Shown here in pieces: positions 22,801 through 35,306 of a stretch of DNA of 46,109 nucleotides; the first letter of the stretch is position 1; the number at the start of each line of letters is the position of its first letter. The stretch is taken from assembly GCF_001194135.2 (NCBI RefSeq), contig NC_068988.1, positions 23,416,938-23,463,046 of the forward strand. The letters are read 5' to 3'. The notes beneath the pieces were generated by a model that did no database searches, had not been told where the DNA came from, and saw nothing but the letters and a program-made list of their open reading frames with translations. The position numbers and the translations under genes were made by a program. The DNA comes from Octopus bimaculoides (taxonomy: Eukaryota).

Positions 22801-24524
22801 TTCTTAGATGTAGTCACTGCTATGATCTGTTTTCCAACGGCTTTTCTGTTTTCGGTTTTTATATATGTGTGTGTGTGTGTGTTAGTGTCTTCTTGTTTTG
22901 ACTTTACATGTTAGTTGTAAGCAAGTGTTATTGTAATGCAAAAGGTGTCCTTCATTGCCAATCTTCTATGAAGACATGTCTTTCCATGAGGAAATAGCCA
23001 GACATATGCTTACACATAAACAAACGAGGGTTGATGCCTGGAAGTGCACCCAGCTGGCGAGAACTGTCCACAATAAATTCCATCCGGCTCATGCAGGCTT
23101 GGAAAATTGGTCATTCCATAAATGAGGAGGAGGAGAAGGAAAAGAGTATTTAAAGTCTTGAAAGATTTTTGTTTGGACTCATTCAGAGCCCCAAGAGTAG
23201 GAAGACAGATAACCTTTAACAGGGCCTCTGAAACAATTAGGATGGCGAGAAACTAAAAACCCTTAACTTAGCATAACTGAAGTAGGAACTAGTTTTGGGG
23301 GATTTCAAGTTATTCTCAGGTCAGGTCTGGTACCAAGGCATTCAGCATCTTGGGTCACACATACAATATGCCAACAGCTCCTGGCCTACAATCTACTTAA
23401 CCCTTCATCCAGCCCACTACTGTACTCCCTTATCTTCCATTCCTATAATGTGCTTCCCTTTCATCCAGACTTACAATGTCTACTCTTTCTCACAACCGTG
23501 CAAAGAGTGCCTCCTGTGTATGTATATTTGAATATATGTATGTATATATGTATGTGTTTGTGTGTATACAGACACACACACACAATGGTGACACTATCAT
23601 CAACCACTACCCAGAACCTTAAAATAGCCAGGGCCACTACCTGATGGAATGGGAGCCTGTGAACTCTTTTGATTTAGGCCTACACATGTGTAGCTGTAGG
23701 GCTCTTAGAACTTGCCCACTATACAGCAACTTTATATTTGTGTGTGATAGATAATACCCACACAGATCAATAGGTAGGTAGTCAGACATTATAAGTTGTT
23801 GATGATGCTTCACTGTTATTACTTTGAGTTTTCCATTTCCCTCACAGTTTTCAAAGGTTTCGATTTCCAATGAATAACTATATGAGTAGATTCAACCATT
23901 TTCAGTACTATGTTCTCATTTATATATCAATATGTACATGTAACTCTCTTTCTAGGTACATAAGCATTATTATACTTGCATACATATCTGCATATATACA
24001 TATATGTATATCTTTGTGTATATATACATATATGTATATCTTTGTGTATATATACATATATGTATATCTTTGTGTATACATATATGTATATATTGTTTGT
24101 ATTTATATGTACATAAACATGAGTCTGAACATATATGCATGTGAATCTGTTTGGCCGTTACGAGTTTTAATTATTTTTATGAATATAGTGAAATACCTTT
24201 GCAAAAAAACAAAAGAAATTTTAAATTAAAGTAAACAAAAAATGTAACAGGATCTGAAATCTTTCAGCAACGGCGATTGGAGATTTAATTGTAGATGGGT
24301 GCTTGAGGACCTGAGAAAGAACCATCCCAATTTTATTATATAACCACATATATACATTTTTTTCTTATAAAATTACTTTTCTTTGTGCACCACCAATATG
24401 TACATACATATATCCCGTAGCACTTACATAGCTTTACCTACCATCCTGGATCATCTGGATAACAATACCTCTCATATATATATATATATGTATATATATA
24501 TGTATAAAGCAGCATTTGAGTGTG

Positions 24525-24745
24525 GCCAGTGCCAGTACTGCCTGACTGGCCCTCATGCCGGTGGCACATAAAAACACCCACTACACTTTCAGAGTGGTTG
24601 GGTTTAAGAAGGGCATCCAGCTGTAGAAACTTTGCCAGATCAGATTGGAGGCTGGTGCAGCGTTCTGGCTTGCCGGCCCTCAGTCAAACCGTCCAACCCA
24701 TACCAGCATGGAAAGCAGACGTTAAAAGACGATGATGATGATGAC
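24525..24745 (+). mobile_element. SINE-like family C, 3' part
   Basis: agaagggcatccagctgtagaaactttgccagatcagattggag..gcatggaaagcagacgttaaaagacgatgatgatgatg. Confidence 0.8.
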
Positions 24746-25110
24746 ATGCATATATTCAAAATAAAGCTGGATGAACCAACTTCGCGGCAGATGAGGGCAG
24801 CTGCATCAAACTCTCAGGCACCAAATGTCAATTCCTCAAATAAAATTCGTGAAGTAAAATTATGTAGCAACACCAAATGGCAGTGTTCCAGCATGGCCAC
24901 AGCTCATGAGCTGAAACTAGATAAAATGAAAAAAAAAAATATGTGGGTGTGTGTGTGTGTATGTATATGTGCATGTGTGTATGTCTGTCTCTGTATATAT
25001 ATATGTATATAAATCCCACCTCCATCCATTCTTTAATTCTTTCATAGCAAAATTATTATTCTGAAAGCTAGCAAGCTAAGATGAAGAACATTAACCATTA
25101 ACAGCAAAGA

Positions 25111-25142
<32 letters not shown>

Positions 25143-25497
25143 TTTTTCCATTTACTTACCCTTATCCTCCAATTTCAATTCTGACACCTCAATGTTTGTA
25201 TGTGTGACTGTCAACTTGTTCGCATTAAAGTTTGTTTTTCTCGGTTTCTTTTGTATTTATTTTTATTTTTCTAGCTGGTTTTTTTTTTTTTTGTTTTTCT
25301 CCTTAATCAATTTATATTCGATATTCATACAAAATATATGTATCCTATTAAACAGAGAAGCCATTATTGTAAGCTGTAATTTCACTACATAATATCTTTG
25401 ACAATCACATAAAGATATGAAGCAAGCATATGTGTGTGTGTATACACACACACACACACACACATATATATGTATATATGTATGTCTATATATATGA

Positions 25498-25531
<34 letters not shown>

Positions 25532-26064
25532 NNNNNNNNNNNNNNNNNNNNNNNNNNNNNNNNNNNNNNNNNNNNNNNNNNNNNNNNNNNNNNNNNNNNN
25601 NNNNNNNNNNNNNNNNNNNNNNNNNNNNNNNNNNNNNNNNNNNNNNNNNNNNNNNNNNNNNNNNNNNNNNNNNNNNNNNNNNNNNNNNNNNNNNNNNNNN
25701 NNNNNNNNNNNNNNNNNNNNNNNNNNNNNNNNNNNNNNNNNNNNNNNNNNNNNNNNNNNNNNNNNNNNNNNNNNNNNNNNNNNNNNNNNNNNNNNNNNNN
25801 NNNNNNNNNNNNNNNNNNNNNNNNNNNNNNNNNNNNNNNNNNNNNNNNNNNNNNNNNNNNNNNNNNNNNNNNNNNNNNNNNNNNNNNNNNNNNNNNNNNN
25901 NNNNNNNNNNNNNNNNNNNNNNNNNNNNNNNNNNNNNNNNNNNNNNNNNNNNNNNNNNNNNNNNNNNNNNNNNNNNNNNNNNNNNNNNNNNNNNNNNNNN
26001 NNNNNNNNNNNNNNNNNNNNNNNNNNNNNNNNNNNNNNNNNNNNNNNNNNNNNNNNNNNNNNNN

Positions 26065-26097
<33 letters not shown>

Positions 26098-26409
26098 GCT
26101 ATCTTCATTGTCACTTCACATCTGATTTCCATGCTGGCATTGGATGGACAGTTCTGTAGGAACTGACAAGTCAGAAGACTGCATCAAACCATGTTGTCTG
26201 TTTTGGCATGGTTTCTATGGTGGTTGCATGCCTTTCCTAATGCCAACCACTTTACAGAATGTACTGGGTACTTTTTACATAACACCAGCACCAGTGCTAT
26301 GTTTTTATTCTCAATGATATAGATAATTTTTGATGATATACATTGCTAACAGACATGTATATGCATACATATATATGTGTGCATGTGTATATATATATAT
26401 ATTTTTACT

Positions 26410-26612
26410 CTAGACGCAAGGCCCAAAATTTTGGGGGAAGGAGTCAGTCAATTAGATACACCCTAGTATGCAACTGGTACTTATTTTATCGACTCCAAAA
26501 GGATGAAAGCAAAGTCGACTTCAGCAGAATTTGAACTTAGACTGTAAAGACAGATGAAACACCGCTAAGCATTTTGCCTGGCATGCTAACGTTTCTGCCA
26601 GCTCACCACCTT
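26410..26612 (-). mobile_element. SINE family B
   Basis: aaaggatgaaagcaaagtcgacttcagcagaatttgaact..gctaacgtttctgccagctcaccacctt. Confidence 0.8.
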
Positions 26613-27309
26613 TCTACAGGATGTCCACAAAGTCTGGGTATATTGAGTAAATGAAATCATAACATAAACAATTAAATATAAGAAATAATAATTTCTTAAA
26701 GTGTGTGTTAATCCCCATGTACTCAGACTTTGTGGACACCCTGTGTGTGTATATTTATATATATATAGCCATCTAAGAATCCATAAGCCAGAAAAAATAA
26801 CTGACAACTCTGAAGAGTGCAGGGTTACATAATCAGGTTGTCATCTAACATCTATTGAACTCCCAGTACAAAACCAATGCACATTACACAAACATACTAC
26901 AATATCCAAGAGTATTGTACTAAACACTTGTCCATGGTACCACTCAAGGGGAATGAACCTGAAACCATGTGGGTAGGAAACAAACTTTTTAACTACAGAA
27001 CCACACCTACAATCAATAGTACAGCATGGGAAGAGATTTTGAGATGCGTATTTATGTCACAGAAGAGAAAATGAATGATTATATTTTCTTATAGTTTCAT
27101 TTATTTTTTGAGATTTTTCGTTGATTGTACAGATCAGCTGATTGAGAAATGACTATTAATGCTGTAATTAATTTGTAATCAGTATTTATATAAAGCCATG
27201 GTTTAAAATTATAATCCTTAGTTATTTTGTAAATAAATGAAGGTGTATAATGATTCTGCATACATCAAACACAAGACTTGCATATTACAACGTTATCTGT
27301 ATTGCATAT

Positions 27310-27533
27310 AAGGCGGTGAGTTGGCAGAATTGGTGACACACTGGGCGAAATGCTTACAGTATTTCACCCATCGCTACATTCTGAGTTCAAATTGCATCGA
27401 GGTAGACTTTATCTTTCATTCTTTCAGGGTCGATAAATTAAGTACCAGTTGAGTACTGGGGTCAATGTAATCGACTATCNNNNNNNNNNGACTATCCCCC
27501 TCCCCCAAATTTCAGACCTTGTGCCTATAATAG
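27310..27533 (+). mobile_element. SINE family B
   Basis: aaggcggtgagttggcagaa..ctgagttcaaatt..ttcattctttcagggtcgataaattaagtaccag; interrupted by a 10-N gap. Confidence 0.8.
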
Positions 27534-27699
27534 TGTATTATCTGTATCACATACTTAATGCTTATAACTGCTGTATTATGTCTGGGAGAGTTCCCTTTAA
27601 GGATATATAGGGTTAAAAAGCACTGTATACCTCGAAGCTAAATGAAGCAAAACCACCCTAGATATGACCTAGAGCTACAGATATTGATTTCAAGTTTTA

Positions 27700-28097
27700 G
27701 CACAAGGCCAGCAATTTCAGAGGAGGGAGTAAGTTGATTATATCAACCCCTGGTACTTATTATGTGTATATACAGGTGTATATGTACGTATAAATCTGGT
27801 GATGCTAGAGATGTTGGCAATGGTGATGGTAGTCTTGGTGGTAGTGGTGACGATGGTAATGGTGGTAGTGATGGTTATAGACGTAGTAATGGTAGTGGTG
27901 GTGATGGTATTGGTGGTAGCAATGGTCGTGGTGGTAGTGACGGTAGTGGTGGTGGTGGTGATGGCAGAAGTGTTGGTATCCCAAAAGGATGAAAGGCAAA
28001 GTTGACCTTGGCAGAATTTGAACTCAGAACATGAAAATGGATGAAATACTGCTAAGCACTTCACCTGGTGTGCTAATGGTTCTACCAGCTCACCTCC
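27700..28097 (-). mobile_element. SINE family B interrupted by a complex (GGT)n insertion at about 27761-27978
   Basis: SINE sequence stops after tggtacttatt (about 27760) and resumes at cccaaaaggatgaaaggcaaag (27979). Confidence 0.7.
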
Positions 28098-28545
28098 TTA
28101 AATTGATATTTTGTACTTTTTGCTTCTCATCGATGTCTTATGCTCATACTGCCTCCAAACAGATTCGAAATAGCCTGCTTGATATATATATATATATATA
28201 TACATACATATATATATATGTAAGTCAGTAAATGGTGGGGTTGTGTTAAAATCTCAAAGACAATATAATGTATTGGTATATTTATTTTTTTATTTTTTTG
28301 TAAAAAACATTTTCATTCTCCCTCTTCTTGAAAATTTGCCATGCAATGAAAGCCGGTTAGAAATCCTTTTTTAATCCTCCTTATACACATCTATATTAAA
28401 ATATGCTTTCAGTTTATCATTCTGCCTTATTATTTTTTATTTTCCTACACACACACACACACACACATGTATTTACACAGAATCACAAATACACATTGAA
28501 AATCAAGGCATACTCATGCATAAAGAACATACACACATGTACATG

Positions 28546-28601
<56 letters not shown>

Positions 28602-28794
28602 GGTGAGAAAGTTGGTATGTGAAAGCACGTGGTTGGATGTATAAAAGATAATAGTGAAAAAACTACAGAAGGCTTGTGTTACATGGTTAAAGTATATATT
28701 TAAATTATGTCAGAAAAATGTTAGAAAAATGTTAGAAAAATGTTAGNNNNNNNNNNTATAAACATTGTATTTTGAGAAATAACCGGTATATATA

Positions 28795-28830
<36 letters not shown>

Positions 28831-29310
28831 GAGAGAGAGAGAGGGAGAGAGAGAAGGAAACAGAAATTAAGATCCAATGCGATGCAGATCACATTGATAA
28901 TCTTAGTAGTATCATCATCATCATCATCTTCATCATCAACATCATTCTCATAACCATTACAACTATCATCATCAACATCATCATAATTGTCATTGTCTCC
29001 ATCGTCGCAATCACCGTCGTTATCCTCCTCGTCATTACCATTTCCACCTCGTTGTTTGGAGGTACTTCATTAACATTCATCACATGTAAAAAAGCACTAA
29101 TTAGTGACAAATCTTGGTTTACACTGCTTTTGACTTCTAATTTCAATGTCAATTGGAAACAACATTTTTATTTCTATGTGAACAAATCTAAACAACTCAA
29201 TTAGTAAAAAAAAAGAAAAAAAGCCAGGTTAGCCTATGGCGGTGGGAAGGGTGTGAGGTGTGTTATAGAGAAAAAAGAGGTGGTCGGGGAAGGATGTGGA
29301 AATATTACTG

Positions 29311-29705
29311 TTTTACTCTTTTACTTGTTTCAGTCATTTGACTGTGGCCATGCTGGAGCACCGCCTTCAGTCAAGCAAATCGACCCCAGGACTTATTCTT
29401 TGTAAGACTAGTACTTATTCTATCAGTCTCTTTTGCTGAACCACTAAATTACGGGGACGTAAACACACCAGCATCAGTTGTGAAGCGATGTTTGGAGGAC
29501 AAACGCAGACACACAAACATATACACACACATACATATATATGACAGACTTCTTTCAGTTTCCGTCTACCAAATCCACTCACAAGGCTTTGGTTGGCCCG
29601 AGGCTGTAGTAGAAGACACTTGCCCAAGGTGCCATGCAGTGGGACTGAACCTGGAACCATGTGGTTGGTAAGCATGCTGTTTACCACACAGCCACTCCTG
29701 CGCCT
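29311..29705 (-). mobile_element. Full-length SINE family A
   Basis: Colinear with 2558-2994 and with the + strand copy at 36735-37109. Confidence 0.85.
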
Positions 29706-30101
29706 ATGTGGAGCATTTTTGCAGACATGCTTGTGCAGGGAAGAATTTAGCTTTGCAAAGGTATGACTTCAGTTCCAGTCCCCTTGTGGGGTGCCACGTC
29801 TATGTGTTTGTTCTACCATAGCCCTTGGCTGGCCCCTGCTTTGGGAGTAGATTTGGTAAACAAACTGAAAGAACCCATATTATAAATATATATACTTTAT
29901 ACATGCATGTGTGTGTATTGTATTTATGATATATATATATATATATATATATATGCGAGTAAAAATAAATACAAAAAAGGTGGTTTTTTTGTTTGAAATG
30001 TGTATAGAGGAATATATTATTTTGTTTAAAAGAGTTCCAACACTGTCTGTTTTTTATGTTTTATTTANNNNNNNNNNTATGTGTGTATGTGTGTATATGT
30101 A

Positions 30102-30175
<74 letters not shown>

Positions 30176-30177
<2 letters not shown>

Positions 30178-30530
30178 GGTGCATGGCTCAGTGGTTAGAG
30201 CGTTGAGCTTACGATTGTGAGGTTGTGAGTTCGATTCTCGGACCAGGCTCTGGGCTGTGTTCTTGAGCAAGACACTTTATTTCACATCGTTCCAGTTCAT
30301 TCAGCTGTAGAAATAATTTGCGATGTCACTGGCACCGAGCTGTATCGGCCTTTGTCTTTCCCTTGGATAACATCGGTGGCATGGAGAGGGGAGGCTTGTA
30401 TGTATGGGTGACTGCTGGTCTTCCATAAAAAAATGACCCTAGGATGTGCGTTCACTGGAGAGGTGACTTTCTGCCCAGACTTGTACCCTGGAGGAGAACC
30501 TCTTAGGTGCACCCATCGTCATTCGTGAAC
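30176..30530 (+). mobile_element. tRNA-derived SINE family D
   Basis: A-box TGGCTCAGTGG (30184) and B-box-like GAGTTCGATTC (30227), then ttcttgagcaagacactttatttcac..cagttcattcagctgtagaaa. Confidence 0.8.
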
Positions 30531-31018
30531 AACAGAGTCAAGTTCATATATATATATGTATATATATATATGTATATATAGTTGAAATTTAAAGAAAAAC
30601 AAAAGACAAAAGCAGGTGTATGAACAACAAACAGGTGTATGAACAACAAACAGGTGTATTACTGTAGTTTAACGTGTATAAGGAACCCATCTTGTCAAAA
30701 ATTAGGTTAAAAAAATATGGGAGTTTCTCATACATGGATAGTATTATAATCCCTTACAAAATCCTTTCCAAATTTTAAGCCCCCCAAATTAGGGGGTTTC
30801 TTGTACACAAGAGTGACAAGGAGTGGCTAGTCTTCAACCATTGGGATCTGAATCTGACCCTAATGAGCAAAGACTAGCCACACACTTAAAACTTAGAGTA
30901 CCATAGATTCGGAGTCAGACTTATTTGATCTATACATGTAACCCCAATAAATGTGTTTTGAGTGCCGTTCTTTGTCCATTCCTTGATATATATTATATAT
31001 ACATATATATATATATAC

Positions 31019-31081
<63 letters not shown>

Positions 31082-31094
31082 ATGAATGTATATG

Positions 31095-31300
31095 TTGGCA
31101 TGGGTTTGTGATATATAGTTTGATTCTCAACCACATGGTTCCAGCTTCAGTCTCATTGCGTGGCACCTTGGGCAAGAGTCTTCTCCTAAAGCTTTGGGCT
31201 GACCAATCCCTTGTGAGTGGATTTGGCAGGCAGAAACTGAGAGAAGCCCGTCATATATGCATATATCTATGTGCGTCTGTCTGTCTGTGTGTCTCACCCT
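31095..31300 (+). mobile_element. SINE family A, 5' half
   Basis: aaccacatggttccagcttcagtctcattgcgtggcaccttgggcaag..gtgagtggatttggcagg. Confidence 0.75.
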
Positions 31301-31339
31301 TCAATACAGAGCCCCAACATGGCTCGAGTGCAATGAGTG

Positions 31340-31595
31340 ACACAAGTAAAAAGATGCATATGCCACATGAAAGAAAAAAATGCCCATTCTGGAGCTACAT
31401 GAAAAAAAGCGCCCATTTTGGTGTCACATGAAAATCACCCGTACATTCTCTAGAGTGGTGGGCATTGAGGAAGGGCAACCAGCTGTGGAAACCAAGCCAA
31501 AACAAACAACTGGAGCTTGGTGCAGTTCTCTGGCTTGACAGCTCCTTGTCAAACCATCCATCATGGAAAGCTGACATTAAATGATGATGATGATG
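31340..31595 (+). mobile_element. SINE-like family C, diverged 3' part
   Basis: gaggaagggcaaccagctgtggaaacc..catggaaagctgacattaaatgatgatgatgatg. Confidence 0.7.
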
Positions 31596-32474
31596 AGGGG
31601 GAGGGCATATATGATTCCCCTCCTCCTCCTCCGACACAGGAGCCTGCTTCTTGCTCTCTAAAGTACACACAGCATATTTACATGAAACATTATATCTTAT
31701 ACATCCATGTGTATTCATTTCTGTTCCACCATGGTGGAAGGAAATCTGAAAGCCCACTGTAAATTCTGTATATTTGATATTTTTTAATCTGAAGATTCCA
31801 TATTTCCTCAGATTTCTTTCTTTCCTCCTTTTGTTCTTACTTCTTTTTTTTTTTGTTTAAATTAATTTATTTTTTATAATTATTTGTTTGTTTGGAATAT
31901 AAATTTGAAACCTTTAACCTCTTTCATCGCTATCGAGGAATTCTTTCAGCCTCTGTCGCGAGAGGCTGTAGGCTTTTGTAACACAGTGGTGATGATGATG
32001 ACGATGATGATGATGATTGCATAGCACTAAAGTAGGACAGAATTGCAAAAGAAATATTGCAAAGCTAAGAACACAAATACTTGCATGAAACCACCTTTGC
32101 CATCACTACTACTACTACTATATGTGAGTGTGTGTGTATGTATGTGTATGTTTGTATGTGTATGTATGTATGTGTATCTATGTATGTATGTATATGTGCC
32201 TGTATGTATGTATGCATATATATGTATGTATGTATNNNNNNNNNNNNNNNTATATATATATATATATATGTGAATGTATGTATATGTATGCATGTCAGTA
32301 TATGTATGTTTATATATGTGTGTATATGCATGTATGTACATAAATACACACACATACAAATACATATGCACACACACACATATATATATATATATACATA
32401 CACACATACACATATCCCAGCATATATACTCACATAGATTTATACATACATGTACACCTGTACATACTCATAAT

Positions 32475-32515
<41 letters not shown>

Positions 32516-32525
32516 NNNNNNNNNN

Positions 32526-32576
<51 letters not shown>

Positions 32577-32835
32577 ATATGTATGCATGCACACACACAT
32601 ACTCGCATACATAACACTAAAACCATTTCTTCAGAAAACAAAAGAATGATAAGCGAATGCGAGTCAGAGCCATTATGAGTCAAAACGAAACAACTGTGAA
32701 ATCATCTTCCTGAAAACTGAGAGTCAAGGTTTACAGTTCCTGCTGAAGTTGATGGTTTCTGCCCTAGTTTTCTTCACCACCACCACCACCACCACCACTA
32801 CCATCATCATCATCGTCCACACTATCATTATTATT

Positions 32836-32883
<48 letters not shown>

Positions 32884-33299
32884 TTTGTTTCCTCCTTTTA
32901 TTTCCTTCCAACCGGAACCATTATTTGTCTCTCTGGTTTACTTGTTTATTTTTTTTTACTTTTTTTTTCTTTTTTTTTTTTTTTCATATTTCTTGAAATC
33001 TTCTTTGATGAGGACTTTCTAAGTGTTACACTCTATTCTATTCTTAGAATTTCCCTTTCCATCATCTATCTGTCTTTCGGCATTATGGGTTAAAATAGAT
33101 CCAAAATTCTACCCTCGTCATCGCCAGCAGTTTTATCATCATCAACATCATCATCATCATCATCATCATGGTCATCATTGCAATTACTGCCACCACCACC
33201 ACCACCACCAGTATCATCTTCACCATTATTCTTTTTACCGTTTCCATTAACAGAACCGACTTCCACAGTATCAGGAACCAGAACACTTCGAGCATTTAG

Positions 33300-33690
33300 C
33301 TAACCACTACCATTATCACAACCATCATCATTATCATCACCAACACCGCCATCACTATCATTACTATGACCACGACCATTGCTACCACCATTACCTCCAC
33401 CACCACCAAAACTACCATCACCTCTGCCAACACTGCTACCATTACCACCACCACTATCATCACGACCACCATAGCTACCATGACCTTTGCTACCACCATT
33501 ATGATCACCACCACCACAAAATCACTGCCAACACTCTACCATCACCACCACCACTACCACTACCGTCACAACCACCACGACCATTGCTACCATCAAGACT
33601 ATCACCACCACCACTACCACCACCACCACCACCACCAAAACTACCATCACCACTGCCAACACTACCACCACAGCCATTTCTACCACCATT
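33300..33690. repeat. Complex (ACC)n-derived satellite; homologous inverted copy at about 27795-27975
   Basis: The variant strings accacgaccattgctacc, ctaccgtcac and aa.actaccatcacc..tgccaacac occur in both tracts in opposite orientation. Confidence 0.75.
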
Positions 33691-33947
33691 AATATAAATA
33701 TCCTGAGTTACATGGATGTAAACAAACCATCACTGGTTGTCAGGCTGTGGTGGAGGACAAACACAAATACAAAGATACACACACATAGATATAGGCATAT
33801 ATATATGTATATATATGTATAAATGTATATATATGTATATATATGTGTATATATATATATATGTGTGTGTATATATATGTATATATATGTATATGTATAT
33901 ATGTATATATATGTATGTGTATATATATATATATATGTATATATATG

Positions 33948-33986
<39 letters not shown>

Positions 33987-34018
33987 GTATATGTATATAT
34001 ATGTGTATNNNNNNNNNN

Positions 34019-34081
<63 letters not shown>

Positions 34082-34850
34082 GTATATGTATATATATACG
34101 ACAGAGATTTCACTTTCCATCTACCAAATCCACTCACAAGATTATAGTAGAAGACACAAGATGCCATGCAGTGGGACTGAACTGGGAATCCTGTGGTTGG
34201 AAAGCTACCTTCTTACTCACAGCTATTTCAATGGTTCTCCAAGAGTAAAAAATAAGGATTTAATAACGCTGCTGTAGAGATTGACCTCCTCATTTAAGTA
34301 AACATTGTATGCTTGCTTTGGAGGTGACAAACTTGATTACTTATCCTCCCAGTATTATTGCAACTGGAATAATTCTTCAGAAGTACCAAACACACAACAC
34401 ACCTGAAATCACAAAACTCCGTAGTTTTTGCAATGTTTTTGTAGTTGTTCTTCTAAACTTATTTATAACCAATGAAATCAAGCCTTTTAAAGAAATAATT
34501 TATCAAATTTATATCATCTCTCTCTATATATATATGTACATGTGTGTATGTGTGTGTGTGTGTGTGGCATTCTATTTCTCCTTTATATGGCAAATCAAGA
34601 TGGAAAATATTCACTTTATCATTGCATTAACAACAGTTTCATGTCACATCATCACATTAGCAGTTTCTAACCAATTTCAGGATTGAGTTACTGGATTAAT
34701 TCCATATCAATCATCAGTTTGGAAATTAATCTTGATAAGCTGTATTATTGCCACTAGGAAATGATACAGAATGTTATAAGTGAGATGTATGTGTGAAAGA
34801 CAAACTGGCACCGTCAGTTTGTCTTTTCTACTCTATAGAATATAGAGTTT

Positions 34851-35046
34851 TGCAGAAACGTTAGCACGCCGGGTAAAATGCTTACCGGTATTTCATGTCT
34901 TTACATTCTGAGTTCAAATTCCACTGAGGTCAACTTTGCCTTTCATCCTTTCGGGGTCGATAAATAAAGTACCAGTTGTATACTGGGTCGATTTAATCGT
35001 CTGGCACCCTCCCCCAAAATTTCGGGCCTTGTGCCTAGAGTAGAAA
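34851..35046 (+). mobile_element. SINE family B
   Basis: gcagaaacgttagcacgccgggtaaaatgc..ctgagttcaaattcc..gcctttcatcctttcggggtcgataaa. Confidence 0.85.
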
Positions 35047-35065
35047 ACTAAAAAAACTACTACTT

Positions 35066-35306
35066 ATTGCTTTATAGACCTTAGGGGGCTAAACATAGAG
35101 GGGACAAACAAGGACAGGCAAACGGATTAAGTCGATTAAATAAGTACCAGTTATGCACTGGTGCATAACTGGTACTTATTTAATCGACCCCAAAAGGATG
35201 AAAGGTAAAGTCGACCTGGGCGGAATTTGAACTCAGAACGTAACGGCAAATGAAATACCGCTAAGCATTTCGCCCGGCGTGCTAACGATTCTGCCAGCTC
35301 GCCGTC
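35066..35306 (-). mobile_element. SINE family B containing a perfect 28-bp-arm palindrome
   Basis: Reverse-oriented near-full-length copy; 35131-35158 and 35161-35188 are exact reverse complements. Confidence 0.85.

Noticed and set aside
23848-23880. Acceptor-like ttttccatttccctcacAG downstream of the micro-exon
   Set aside because: Phase-0 reading stops after 9 codons and no good donor follows.
27738-28064. Thr-rich, Gly-rich and His-rich ORFs over the GGT tract (also 33296-33692)
   Set aside because: All frames are open because of the triplet repeat, so there is no evidence for a mucin-like or His-rich protein.
29950-30067. Segment repeated in inverted orientation at 38925-39003; likewise 28395-28440 is repeated at 46064-46109
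   Set aside because: These are fragments of dispersed TA-embedded repeats truncated by gaps, microsatellites or the window end, so there is no evidence of a locus-specific duplication.
30180-30245. tRNA-like sequence with A and B boxes (also 39075-39135)
   Set aside because: No closed acceptor stem, and it continues into a repeated SINE body, so it is a SINE head and not a tRNA gene.
30905-30990. Possible hammerhead remnant (gtcagacttatttgatc-tata-catgt-a) at the edge of a TA-associated repeat
   Set aside because: CUGANGA is absent and GAAA is mutated; not supportable.
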